From contig NC_134469.1 of NCBI RefSeq assembly GCF_964194025.1, positions 1,798,001 to 1,862,000 on the forward strand: a DNA stretch of 64,000 nt, given 5' to 3'. Origin of the DNA: Convolutriloba macropyga (Eukaryota). A program made the position numbers and the translations under genes. Below the pieces are notes generated by a model, which did not search any database, was not told the origin of the DNA, and saw only the letters and a program-made list of their open reading frames with translations. The first letter of the stretch is position 1. The number at the start of each line of letters is the position of its first letter. Positions 47,467-61,866 of this stretch are shown here, in pieces.

Positions 47467-48053
47467 CTGTAAATCACAGCCAAATTTAATTCATATGCCC
47501 ACTAATCTGGGGGAGCGCAATAGATCCCAGGTCGAGGTGGCCAGACCGAAGTGATCCCTGATCAGACGATCTTCGAGCGCACACATGTTCCCGGTGCGCT
47601 CGAATTACATGGTCTGGAAAAACCTTCGAGCGCACTTTTGTCTGGACAATGGTCTGGAACTTGTCGGATCAGAGGGCACTTCGGTCCGGGACGGTCTGAT
47701 CAGAGGCAGTTTCGATCTTGCAAGGTCTTGCACGTTGACCTTCGTGATCTGAAAACTTCCAAGATGTTACAATATAGCCCAGGTTACCCGTACTTGGCAA
47801 ACTTGGTACGGCCGTAGTACGGCACCGTATAAGTCTCGAATGAAAACCGCACTAAGATCTTGTATAGAAATTGGTAATTATATCATTTTTTTTACGTTGC
47901 CGTAGAAAACTTTTTACTGCCTTAAACGGCGCCGTACAAAGTTTTGGAAGTTTTCTACGGCACCGAATAAGTCTTAGTATGTTTTGAAAGTTTCGTCTAA
48001 GGTGGAAAACCTGATAGCCATCGGAGATCTATTACGAGTAGTCGTGTTACTAC

Positions 48054-48178
48054 CTCCGGATCCTCGTCGCTTCCATCGTCACAGTGTTTGATGCCATCAC
48101 ACATTTCCCAGAATTTGACACAGCCCTGTCTCCACCCCCCACCCGGACATGCAATCTCCCAGTGCTCAACACGACAAT
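48054..48178 (-). CDS. Most 5' recognisable exon of the channel gene, LDLa repeat
   Basis: IACPGG...CVKFWEMCDGIKHCDDGSDEDPE. Acceptor gtgctag, donor gtagta. Further upstream exons were not recognised. Confidence 0.8.
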
Positions 48179-49775
48179 CTAGCACACAACATCCCCAGTT
48201 GAGATTACAAAGTTCTTTAATTAAAAAAATGCAGTAATTTTTTTTCTTTTTTCATTTTTTTCTCTTCTTTCTTACGAAATCCCCAACGTTTTCTTACGCT
48301 ACAGTTTAATTTCATCATTTTGGAGCTAAATTGTGCCCTCCAAAACATTGTGAATGCTTGCTATATTTGACTAAATGGCTTCATATCACAGAATTTCGCG
48401 AAAAAAAGCACCAGGGAAACCAATGAAACAAATCAAACACCAAGATTTTTGAGAAGCCAAAGAACAAATCACTGAGACCCCCCCCCCTTCCAACTGCCCC
48501 AAGGCATTGTCATTGTCACAGATTTTTGTTCATTTTAACTAAAGAAATCGTTAGTCTTCGTCGTTTCTATTTCGCAAAAACTAATCAAAGCCCTTATGAT
48601 TTTTTTTCGTCCGTTTCAGCGGTTTTTGTTGACGATTTTCAACATAAGAACAGTAGATTTTAATGTACTTAAAATAGTCAAAAACGGATGCTTGTTTCAA
48701 ACATAGTTCACGGGGCTCTGATGAAGTCACTGAGAACATCTCAATTTCTTCGTGAACTTTGCTCGATGCGGTCTGTGTTGTAATTCAAAATCTAAAGTGA
48801 TTTTTTTTACTGAGTCAGGTAATCTTCTTGACTAAGTTGCTCTGCTCAGTTAATATAGACGAAAACAGATATCCCACAACCCAACTAAGGGTGCGAACAT
48901 GTTCAATAAGAAGCCAGAAAAGTAGTCAATCGAAACCTTTTAAAAAGTTAATTTAATTTATAAGCTATTATTACATGCAATTTGAACCCAAAATACGCAC
49001 TCAAATATTCACAGTCATTTTCAAAAATAAACACTGACAGATAACTGCAAAAAAAGTGCTAGAAAAAATTCCAAAAGGAGCAAATTTGTTTCTTTTTTTG
49101 TTTTAAACGCGTTTACAGGTAAGGTAGCTCAATCTGAAGTAAATATTGGCAAGTTTTCGGAAATTGGCCTCCATTTGTGACAATCTTCAAAAACAGAAAA
49201 TTAAGGGAAAGCATTCCATAGTTTCCACTCAATTTTATTTGTACCTGTATGAGATGCAATCCCTTAAGTAAGATCTTTTTCATGCACTAAAATTCCTCGT
49301 CCTAAAGTTGCAAAAAATAGTTTTCGAAATAAAATGAAATGCAATTGAATCATAATATTCAGAAAAACCCGAATATGGAGAAAAAATATAAATACTTGAG
49401 CTGGCAGTTGCTTTTTAAAGCCAAGCTTCTACCAAGGGGAAAAGTCCAACATGAAAAATTCAATTTCTAAGATCAACAAACGCACTTTTCAAGGAAATAT
49501 TTCTCATTGGCAAATTCAAAAGATGAAAAAAGAAAAATATAGATTGTTGGTGCTTCACAACTTAACAAAAGAAACAATTTAGACAAAATCGTCAAAAAAA
49601 CTTTTACAGTGTTTTTGTTTGGCTTTAGTGATTAAAACTCTATTACCAAATTTCTGCAGAAGAGAGAAGAATATTTGTTTAAATGGGAAAACATTTAATG
49701 ACGTCGAATTTGTTTAGTGCATAACTAACTACTGTTTTTTTAGCACCCACTAAGGCATAAGATTGTCCAAAAAGG

Positions 49776-52700
49776 AGATTTTTAGAGCAAAAAAGTAAGT
49801 CTCTGTACTTAATTAACTTTAACCTGTCTTTGATTACCGTGTTACTGTGTACAATTACTGTGTACAACATTTTTAGTTCAAATATGATGATAAAAGGGGT
49901 TTTCGCTGTTATGGGGAGAGGGTTGCCTTAATCTCTCTAAATAGATAACGTTGAAATCTTAGGTAAAAGGTATTTCACATCTTTTTTATAGGGACAAATG
50001 GCCCGAAAACATCGGAACAGATTGTGACCCAATAACCTCGCCCCAGGTGTGTTTTTTAAAAGATTATTCTCTTCCAAAATTTACTCAAAACATGAACACC
50101 TTGCAAGAAAAAGGATTTGTGCTTTTCTGGACAAATTGTTTGTGGAAAATCAAAATATTAACAATTTTTTTAAACACTTTTGACACTGGGAACATTTAAT
50201 TTCCAAGATCCGGTAAGAATAAAGTATAATTAGTCTTCAAAACTTGAAGGAAGTAGCCTCATTCCCAAAAAAAACAAAAACAAATCAGATTGATTGATTG
50301 CAACTGATTGATTGCAAAGCTGAAATGCCAATTTGGGACTAATTCTATTTGAATAACCAGAACTTTAGTTTTTTTAAGACAAATCATAAAAGTTCATATC
50401 AAATTTTTCGAAAATTTGGGTATATTTTACAGAAAACATCAAAATAATCTATACTAGAATACAACGTAATACAAGTTTTTTGTGTACAAACGAAGTAAAC
50501 AATAGCCTGTTGGGGTTTGTTGTTAATTCAAATACCTTCAGACTACATAATACAAAAATTATGTTTTCGTTGAAGTTTTACGCTTCATATATGACCTTGT
50601 TTGACTATGAAATTTTAAAGTCTTCTATCGAAAATGAATATTATCCAATTTTCTTGAAAATTTTTGTATGATTCCTGTTTGATTACTAGTAAATCATATA
50701 TGATCTTATTATGACAACCAAGAAATCATACAAATCATATATGGATTTGTATGATTATTAAAAACCATATATGACCTGGTATGACTATTAAGAGATTTAT
50801 ATGATGGGCAACCAGATTAACTGCCTGACGTAACTATTCCTCTTTGAATTCTGCACTATAAACACCTTTTTGTTTTTTTTCTGAAAAAGTGTGTGATATA
50901 ATCAAGACAAATTAACCTCGTTATTGATAATGCAAACTGCGTCATCAAAACTTTCTTAACCTATTATTCTAACAATTGATTGAAATTATTCAAATTGCAA
51001 TAAAGCCATCCTAGACAAAACCGATCTAGACGTAGCGTGATATATTGCTGTAGACATGTATCATTAGATGAGTATAATTTTCACATATTAAATTTTGTCT
51101 TTAATAACAACTAATACTTGATACAACACCCAGATTTGACCTTGAATGTCTGCAAAGCAGCCCTGCGTTTAACATATTATTGAGGGTATTATTTTCACGT
51201 AAGTATTTGCCATGATGAATTTATATAGCAGATATATTTATACGTCCCGCTAAAGATTTCAGATTTTTAGAGCAAAAAAGTAAGTATCTGTACTTAATTA
51301 ACTTTAACCTGTCTTTGATTACTGTGTTACTGTGTACAATTACTGTGTACAACGTTTTTAGTTCAAATATGATGTTAAAAGGGGTTCTCGCTGTTATGGG
51401 GAGAGGGTTGCCTTGATCTCTCTAAATAGCTAACGTTGAAATCTTAGGTAAAATGTAGTTCACATCTTTTTTATAGGGACAAATGGCCCGAAAACATCGG
51501 AACAGATTGTGACCCAATAACCTCGCCCCAGTTGTGTTTTTTAAAAGATTATTCTCTTCCAAAAATTTTTCAAAACATGAACACCTTGCAAGAAAAAGGA
51601 TTTGTGCTTTTCTGGACAAATTGTTATTGGAAAATAAAAACATTAACAATTTTTTAAAACACTTTGACACTGGGAACCTTTAATTTCCAAGATCCGGCAA
51701 GAATAAATCATAATTAGTCTTCAAAACTTGACGGAAGTAGCCTCATTCGCAAAAAAAAACAAAAACAAATCAGATTGATTGATTGCAACTGATTGATTGC
51801 AAAGCTGAAATGCCAATTTGGGACTAATTCTATTTGAATAACCAGAACTTCAGTTTTTTTAAGACAAATCATAAAAAGTCATATCAAATTTTTCGAAAAT
51901 TTGGGTATATTTTACAGAAAACATCAAAATAATCTATACTAGAATACAACGTAATACAAGTTTTTTGTGTACAAACGAAGTAAACAATAGCCTGTTGGGG
52001 TTTGTTGTTAATTCAAATACCTTCAGACTACATAATACAAAAATTATGTTTTCGTTGAAGTTTTACGATTCATATATGACCTTGTTTGACTATGAAAATC
52101 TAAAATCTTCTATCGAAAATGAATATTATCCAATTTTCTTGAAAATTTTTGTATGATTCCTGTTTGATTACTAGTAAATCATATATGATCTTATTATGAC
52201 AACCAAGAAATCATACAAATCATATATGGATTTGTATGATTATTAAAAACCATATATGACCTGGTATGACTATTAAGAGATTTATATGATGGGCAACCAG
52301 GTTAACTGCCTGACGTAACTATTCCTCTTTGAATTCTGCACTATAAACACCTTTTTGTTTTTTTTCTGAAAAAATGTGTGATATAATCAAGACAAATTAA
52401 CCTCGTTATTGATAATGCAAACTGCGTCATCAAAACTATCTTAACATATTATTCTAACAATTGATTGAAATTATTCAAATTGCAATAAAGCCATCCTAGA
52501 CAAAACCGATCTAGACGTAGCGTGATATATTGCTGTAGACATGTATCATTAGATGAGTATATTTTTCACATATTAAATTTAGTCTTTAATAACAACTAAT
52601 ACTTGATACAACACCCAGATTTGACCTTGAATGTCTGCAAACCAGCCCTGCGTTTAACATATTATTGAGGGTATTATTTTCACGTAAGTATTTGCCATGA

Positions 52701-55700
52701 TGAATTTATATAGCAGATATATTTATACGTCCCGCTAAAGATTTCAGATTTTTAGAGCAAAATTAAGTATCTGTACTTAATTAACTTTAACCTGTCTTTG
52801 ATTACTGTGTTACTGTGTACAATTACTGTGTACAACGTTTTTAGTTCAAATATGCTGTTAAAAGGGGTTCTCGCTGTTATGGGGAGAGGGTTGCCTTGAT
52901 CTCTCTAAATAGCTAACGTTGAAATCTTAGGTAAAATGTAGTTCACATCTTTTTATAGGGACAAATGGCCCGAAAACATCGGAACAGATTGTGACCCAAT
53001 AACCTCGCCCCAGTTGTGTTTTTTAAAAGATTATTCTCTTCCAAAAGTTTTTCAAAACATGAACACCTTGCAAGAAAAAGGATTTGTGCTTTTCTGGACA
53101 AATTGTTATTGGAAAATAAAAATATTAACAATTTTTTAAAACACTTTGACACTGGGAACCTTTAATTTCCAAGATCCGGCAAGAATAAATCATAATTAGT
53201 CTTCAAAACTTGACGGAAGTAGCCTCATTCGCAAAAAAAAAACAAAAACAAATCAGATTGATTGATTGCAACTGATTGATTGCAAAGCTGAAATGCCAAT
53301 TTGGGACTAATTCTATTTGAATAACCAGAACTTCAGTTTTTTTAAGACAAATCATAAAAAGTCATATCAAATTTTTCGAAAATTTGGGTATATTTTACAG
53401 AAAACATCAACATAATCTATACTAGAATACAACGTAATACAAATTTTTTGTGTACAAACGAAGTAAACAATAGCCTGTTGGGGTTTGTTGTTAATTCAAA
53501 TACCTTCAGACTACATAATACAAAAATTATGTTTTCGTTGAAGTTTTACGCTTCATATATGACCATGTTTGACTATGAAATTTTAAAATCTTCTATCGAA
53601 AATGAATATTATCCAATTATCTTGAAAATTTTTGTATGATTCCTGTTTGATTACTAGTAAATCATATATGATCTTATTATGACAACCAAGAAATCATACA
53701 AATCATATATGGATTTGTATGATTATTAAAAACCATATATGACCTGGTATGACTATTAAGAGATTTATATGATGGGCAACCAGGTTAACTGCCTGACGTA
53801 ACTATTCCTCTTTGAATTCTGCACTATAAACACCTTTTTGTTTTTTTTCTGAAAAAATGTGTGATATAATCAAGACAAATTAACCTCGTTATTGATAATG
53901 CAAACTGCGTCATCAAAACTATCTTAACATATTATTCTAACAATTGATTGAAATTATTCAAATTGCAATAAAGCCATGCTAGACAAAACCGATCTAGACG
54001 TAGCGTGATATATTGCTGTAGACATGTATCATTAGATGAGTATATTTTTCACATATTAAATTTTGTCTTTAATAACAGCTAATACTTGATACAACACCCA
54101 GATTTGACCTTGAATGTCTGCAAACCAGCCCTGCGTTTAACATATTATTGAGGGTATTATTTTCACGTAAGTATTTGCCTTGATGAATTTATATAGCAGA
54201 TATATTTATACGTCCCGCTAAAGATTTCAGATTTTTAGAGAAAAAAAAGTAAGTATCTGTACTTAATTAACTTTAACCTGTCTTTGATTACTGTGTTACT
54301 GTGTACAATTACTGTGTACAACGTTTTTAGTTCAAATATGATGTTAAAAGGGGTTCTCGCTGTTATGGGGAGAGGGTTGCCTTGATCTCTCTAAATAGAT
54401 AACGTTGAAATCTTAGGTAAAATGTAGTTCACATCTTTTTTATAGGGACAAATGGCCCGAAAACATCGGAACAGATTGTGACCCAATAACCTCGCCTCAG
54501 TTGTGTTTTTTAAAAAATTATTCTCTTCGAAAAGTTTTTCAAAACATGAACACCTTGCAAGAAAAAGGATTTGTGCTTTTCTGGACAAATTGTTATTGGA
54601 AAATAAAAATATTAACAATTTTTTAAAACACTTTGACACTGGGAACCTTTAATTTCCAAGATCCGGCAAGAATAAATCATAATTAGTCTTCAAAACTTGA
54701 CGGAAGTAGCCTCATTCCCAAAAAAACAAAAACAAATCAGATTGATTGATTGCAACTGATTGATTGCAAAGCTGAAATGCCAATTTGGGACTAATTCTAT
54801 TTGAATAACCAGAACTTCAGTTTTTTTTAAGACAAATCATAAAAGTTCATATCAAATTTTTCGAAAATTTGGGTATATTTTACAGAAAACATCAAAATAA
54901 TCTATACTAGAATACAACGTAATACAAGTTTTTTGTGTACAAACGAAGTAAACAATATCCTGTTGGGGTTTGTTGTTAATTCAAATACCTTCAGACTACA
55001 TAATACAAAAATTATGTTTTCGTTGAAGTTTTACGCTTCATATATGACCATGTTTGACTATGAAATTTTAAAATCTTCTATCGAAAATGAATATTATCCA
55101 ATTTTCTTGAAAATTTTTGTATGATTCCTGTTTGATTACTAGTAAATCATATATGATCTTATTATGACAACCAAGAAATCATACAAATCATATATGGATT
55201 TGTATGATTATTAAAAACCATATATGACCTGGTATGACTATTAAGAGATTTATATGATGGGCAACCAGGTTAACTGCCTGACGTAACTATTCCTCTTTGA
55301 ATTCTGCACTATAAACACCTTTTTGTTTTTTTTCTGAAAAAATGTGTGATATAATCAAGACAAATTAACCTCGTTATTGATAATGCAAACTGCGTCATCA
55401 AAACTATCTTAACATATTATTCTAACAATTGATTGAAATTATTCAAATTGCAATAAAGCCATCCTAGACAAAACCGATCTAGACGTAGCGTGATATATTG
55501 CTGTAGACATGTATCATTAGATGAGTATATTTTTCACATATTAAATTTTGTCTTTAATAACAGCTAATACTTGATACAACACCCAGATTTGACCTTGAAT
55601 GTCTGCAAACCAGCCCTGCGTTTAACATATTATTGAGGGTATTATTTTCACGTAAGTATTTTCCTTGATGAATTTATATAGCAGATATATTTATACGTCC

Positions 55701-55716
55701 CGCTAAAGATTTCAGA
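49776..55716. repeat. Tandem array of four ~1485-bp units
   Basis: Units start at 49776, 51261, 52746 and 54229; near-identical with scattered SNPs and homopolymer indels. Confidence 0.95.
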
Positions 55717-58700
55717 CTTCTTACGTCTAATCAAGGCTTCATTCAGCTTTTTGTGTCTCAAATGGACTGCATTGTTGTAGGATTGCTATAGCTATATACC
55801 AGCATTCGACTTCTCTTTTTTTCCTTTTTTCCTGGGATTTGTTCACTGGTGGGTTAGAGCCCGGGGGTGTGGTGCAATGGTAATGTGCTTTGATAGAAAA
55901 GATTGATTTGATTAGAAAAGGCGGCATCAGTGTATTGCCACTAGAAGGTAAAGTCTCTAAGTGGAAAAAGCATTCGAGATATTTGGAGGTCAACTGGCCT
56001 AAATCTAACACAGAAGAAGAAATTTTCTAAAGATTATTTGAAATGTGGTTGATTAGTTGGTAATTTTACTAACAACATTTTACTAATTTTATTCAAAACA
56101 ATTTCAAGTTTTTTTTTGTTAACGAAGAATATGTTAAAATTGTTTGAATTAAAAAAATGTAGCAAAATTAGTAATATGTTAGCATAATTATGCTCTGAAA
56201 ATAACCAACTATAACCACCTATAACAATAACTATACGAAAACCAATTGATAACTATGATACTGATTGGTAATTGATTAATTAATGACAATTAAATAATAA
56301 ACTTATGCAAAATTTTTGTCACTATTTTAACAAAATAATAATTATGAATTTAATAAAACTTGGTTTTGATTAAGTAAAGTCACTTATGGGGCAAAATTTA
56401 TTTTCAGTTCGAGTCAAACATTGACCAATCAGAAGGGTGAAATTTATAATTGAAGTTTCTCTATCGGCTCTTAGAATCTTTTCAGACCTCTTTTTGATCG
56501 ATATCTGTTTTTTCACATGAACAAATGACATTTCTCATCCGATGCATACAGTTCTAATGCAACTTCTTATCGCTATACAAACACTTTTACATATGAAAAC
56601 AATTTTTAAAATAATTTGTTCACAGTTTAACTGAAAATGCACTTTTGTTCACCTTGATTAAAAGAATTCTGTGTTTTTATAAATTGAGTGAGCATTAGTT
56701 TTTTTCACCGCGACGTTGCAAACCATCTGAACTTTTTGAAAACAAGTTTTAACAATTTCTTTCACAATTAGTCTAAAATTGAAATCTTGTAGACGTTGAG
56801 TTTTAAATGAGATTCTTCGTTTTTAGAACTTTATTCGGTATTTCATATCGACGTGGCATTGGTTTTCCACTCAAATGAAGGCTTAAAAGAGCATCCGATG
56901 TTTCGAATAGTCGTTTTTTTTTGAAATTTTTATAGCTTGAGAGATCAATATTTCAATTCGATACCTAGAAACCTAACTGGAATGTAGGCTTACCCACCAT
57001 TCGACATTCTGAACAGCTTGCTGTACTTTATATGCTTGAAGGTGTCTTTCGAATCTCTACCTTGAGATAAGCCCGTTTTATGCGTTTGAAATGTTCAATT
57101 AGGGAGTTGTTTCAAACATTCCCCCTTTTTCCCACTTTGTATCTTATTACGATGTCTGATAACATTTAACGTCTTCCTCCTTCACCCCACATCAAAGTCG
57201 GGATCGAATTAAACCTTCTTTCCACAGTAGTCTCTAATCAATATTAGATTGTAAAATATTGCTGTTATGGGACAACAAATGGATTGGAATCGCTATTATC
57301 GTCAGATATAAATTGACGCAATTCAATTCTGTGTTCTCAAAAAATCACACATTGTTAATCTAAAAGTTTATGTACGCACTGCTAAAAGATTATGTTATCA
57401 CCATTAAAAGTTTTGAACTACCTTTCAAAAAAGTGTGAGACTCATATAATAAAAGCTTAGAATGATACAATAAAAGTGCTAAGATGATAAAATTCTGCAT
57501 AGAAATCAATTCAAAACAATATATAAAAATGAAATAGAAAAGAAAATAATGAAAACTTTCAATGATAGCATATCAGTTTATTTCGAGTAATTCAGAAATC
57601 CTTTACACAATGTTCGTTTAATTTTTTGTTCCGACCCCACTTGTGGGGGGGAGGAACTATACTCAAATGGATTTTTTTTGTGCAGTCAATTTTGGCCGAT
57701 CGATATATTCGTTGTAGAGAAATGTAAAAGTATCATTAGAAATCCCGCCCAACGTAGAATTCGGAATTCAAAACAATTTTTGAAATTTCTTTTTTTTAAA
57801 ATTTTTTCGAGGAGTTATCGATGTTTAAAGTTTTGTGTGAACACGTGGGGTTTGGCATGATTTTGCTCACTTTTAGGGGAATATTCGTTCAAATTGAAAT
57901 TTTTTCTAATAAAATATAATTTCAAATATGGTCTCATGGGGAATTTTACTAATAAGAACATCGAATTTTATTTGAGAGCTAAATTTAAAACTTTTTTAAT
58001 ATTGATTTGGTTTTTTCAAGTCTAGTCATTTTCCAAATCAAGGTTTCGTTAAGTACAAACCTCATTTACACTCAAATGATGCCAAATGAATAAACAATGC
58101 GTTTTGAAAGAATCGCTCTGTTTTTTTTAACATTCATCACTGAGTTTTCGTAAATTTTAATGAAAATTCGTTTTTCTTTTCAAGATTTTAAAATTTTTGA
58201 AGTCATCACAGTCTCCTTGACTAAAATAGCAAAAGGTTATTTAATGAGATGAACAAAAACTATCCAGTGCTTTGCGTGGACAGCTAATGACTGCTATATC
58301 TTCAAAAACAACTTATTTCTACGCACTTTTAAGTCAGTCTCAATAATGACAGGACCAATTTCTTTTTTAATGAAACCAAAATTAATCTGTTTTGTGGTTT
58401 TATCCTCTAACTATTGGTTTTATGACTTCGAAGCCACGAGTTTTTGTAGTTTTCTATGACAATTTTTGAATATTTTTTCCCTCTTTTTGATTCTTTTTGA
58501 AATCTTATCATTTTTATTACATTTTTGACAGTTCCCATCGGCGTAGAGAAGGAGTTTTTTTATCGTAGATAAAAGTTTTTGAAAGACCGTATGGTTTTAA
58601 TGGTTCCGACACATTCTTCTCGCACTTTTCTAATGAACTTTTTGTTTTTGCCTGTATTTGTTATTGTTTTGATAATCAGAAGACTAATTGTGATGACTTA

Positions 58701-60506
58701 TTGATGACATATAAAGGACTGGTATCATTGCTTTGCCATCGAGACAGTATGTAGCGTGTTTTTTGCATTCCGTTGAAAGTTAATGGATTTAATGGCTTTG
58801 ATACCAGGGGTTTTCTCAAAAATGTTGTGGTCTCAATACATTTGATAATATTTGTTGTAATTATAAGTCATCTTGTTACAATGAAAAAAAATCCATTGCT
58901 TTAAAAAAGTTGGAAACTATAGGGCTTTATTGAGTAATTCATTTTTCAATTTCTTCGTAACTTTTCTCTCTCAATTTATTTTAATCTGCTTTTTTGTCTA
59001 ATCTTTATTCTCTATTTAGTTGTAAAACTTTTTCTATATGCTGAGAGCTCTCATATGTTTTTGATTGAGGATCAAATCAACTTCATCAGTGGAGTCAATT
59101 TGTAGCTAAAGATCTTAAAGAACTGAAAGATGTTTTCAAAATTTTTGAAAATTTTTCCGTTTGTGTTGGTCTTTTTGACACATTGTAACTTATTCCCATC
59201 ATTTATAGGTCCCGTCCATTTCCTTGGAATGCAAACTTTATCGTGTTCATTGATTTTTTTCGTAACGGTTGTTTTGTTTTTTGAACAACTTCCTTTTTCA
59301 TAAATATTTTTTGAGTCGTCATATGAGGGTCAACAATTTCAACTTTTCTGTATAAATTTAACCGAATTAGTAGTCTCATTAGAAAAATTCCATCTGCTTC
59401 GTAATTACGAAAAAGTAAGTTTGTGTAGTTAGGGTTTTCTCTGATTGTAATTTGACGTTGTTGCTAGGTGCTTATAAATTTATATTTTGAGATTTTGCCG
59501 TAAAAAAAATTTATATTTTCGCTTGTTCCTTTGTTTTGCTGTCTGTTTTTTCTCTCAGTCTTTCTAATGGTAGATCTCGTGAGCACTCTATTGAGGCATG
59601 GCATTATGTAAATAAAGTAGTAGTTTGGGTGAGTAACAATTCTTTAAACTCAAACATCTTTTAACTCAATGATCTATTTTTGATTATCTCTTCATTTTGT
59701 TGAGAATTAAGTCAGACATGTAAATGAGCTTGGGTTCGATTATCATGCGTGAACGCACATTAACCAGCCTCCTTGTTCTAATTGATGTTATTGTTATTTA
59801 TCCACATTTAACGCTTGACATTTTAAACTAGTAAGGCTTGTGCTACAAACAATGGAAAAGAAACCTATGTTTTTTCATCTTTTGAAGACATTAATTGCAA
59901 TCGGTGATGTTCTTTTTACATTGCTGCAAAGTTTAAAAAAGGCTCACTTTTACTATCCTCTTTGGGGCACTTTAAGGAAAATGTACTGCTCGATTTTGCT
60001 TTAAGAGCAAAAAAGTGTGGTAAAAACTTTCAACCAAATCTGAAATTTACTTTATCTTTTCAATTTATTTCTAATCCAACTTGAAAGGAGTATGCTACAA
60101 ACACTTCGCTGCACAATCTTTGTGATCAAAAAGTTATAAGCACTTATTGCGACAAGACTTTTAAAAGACAACAATATGTTAAGTTAATCACTTCATCAAA
60201 CTTTTCCTTATGAAAATTCTTTAAAAATCCCTGACATTGTTGCTGAAATAGGTTTGCACTTTAATGCTTCTTGGTAGTTTCCTTTATTGAAAAAAAAAGA
60301 GTTGCACATGTTTTTAGGATTGTTTTAAATCTTTCTTTCTACGATCAATCGATCAAAAAGAAAACATGGTTCTGCTAAAGCTTCTTTTTTTAAAGATGGA
60401 CAGCGGGTTTTGCTTTAAGTTATCATAGCCAAAAAAGTGATGAAAAAACTGCTTGCTTCAAGCAATGTTACTTTACTCTGCTGAAGTGGCATCAAAATTT
60501 TGGCTT

Positions 60507-61358
60507 CCCTAGTCGAGAAATATTTGATTTTCAAACGTAAGAGATCCTTACTATTGTCGTTTTTTGGCGAAACACGACAAATTTCATAGATTTTTGAAAC
60601 GGCATCATCTTTTTTGTTCGGTGTTTTACATAAGAGATTCGGTATTGTCGTTTTTAACGTTTTTAAACGTAAGACAGATTTGGTATCGTCGTTTTAAAAC
60701 GCAAGATAGATTCGGTATCGTCGTTTTTCAAGTAGGTTATATTCGGTATTCATGACAGAAATACAATAAACTTTTATCTTCTGGGTTTTAAAAGCAAATT
60801 AGTCCAGCAGACGGAACAAAAAAGCTGTCGACTGGTTTGTTTTGAAACGTTACCAAACGTAAAATAACTATGCTTGTAAATTACTAGAAAGTATGTCAAA
60901 ATTCAGTGAAAATGATTTAATCAACAAAAATATCAAGATTGTTCAGCAAGTCTGTCTTATTTTTGACTTCAAAAATAAACATGAATGTTACATTCTTTCA
61001 ATTTACTTTTGTGAACAAACAAACAAAAATTCAATAATTTTTGCACATTCTTTCAGAATTTTTGTCTACGAAGTACTCTTAAAGTTCCTGCAAAAAGAAC
61101 GCCGTCATAACGTTTGACTATATAATAAACAGACAAATTTCCTATGGAAAAGCCGACAATTTTACGTCTATTACGTCTAAAACCGAACATACCGACAATC
61201 TCTTACGTTTATATACCGAATCTTCTAAAAAGCAATCATACCGAATCTCTTTTTTGTCCAAAAACGACCATAACAAATCTTTCTTACGTTTGAAACCAAA
61301 TATACCGAAGCTTTTTTACAATTTTTTTGTCGTTCTTGTTTTGTCTTTGCAACTAGGG
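60507..61358. mobile_element. CCCTAGT...ACTAGGG non-autonomous element with 2-bp TSD (TT)
   Basis: Left arm carries attcggtat/aaacgtaaga repeats, right arm their complements ataccgaat/tcttacgttt. Confidence 0.65.
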
Positions 61359-61790
61359 TTGCATACTAAACGACGAAGTGGTTCTTCATTATAAATTATC
61401 TTCTATAAGGAATCTTCAACATCAATTTGAAAGATTACTTATTTTGTACTGAAAAACAAACTTATTATTGCACAGAATTTCTGTGTGAATTATCAGAGTT
61501 AATCATCAGAGAATTAATCATCATAGTTAAGTAACCGATAATTGAAAAAAAAGTTCGGCTTCATTTCCCCATTATAAGCGCATTTTTTCAAAATTTTAGT
61601 GTTAGAATGGGAGTATGTACAAAAGTTAGCGGGCATCTTTTTGTTAGTAGCATCGTGGAAAGAGCGTTTCCAATTTACCCTTGAGAAAAAGAGTTAATCC
61701 ATGCGACTAATAAACAGTTATACTTCCACTTTGAAAGCCTTATCAATTTCAACAGCCTCCTACATGTTGTCCTCCCCCCCCCCCCCTCCA

Positions 61791-61792
<2 letters not shown>

Positions 61793-61861
<69 letters not shown>
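61793..61861. repeat. (CT)n microsatellite
   Basis: About 34 uninterrupted CT units. Confidence 0.95.

Positions 61862-61866
<5 letters not shown>

Noticed and set aside
50480-55124. Repeated 63-82 aa ORFs in the 1485-bp array
   Set aside because: Short, non-ATG starts, AT-rich, and the frame is broken in one copy.
58000-60450. Possible highly decayed integrase on the minus strand (KWTGP-like at ~59210)
   Set aside because: Only one short motif, with stops in all frames; cannot be supported without a translated search.
61355-61380. Similarity to 6520-6540 at the ShKT exon donor (gttgcatactaa)
   Set aside because: About 12 bp of identity with no surrounding homology; likely chance.
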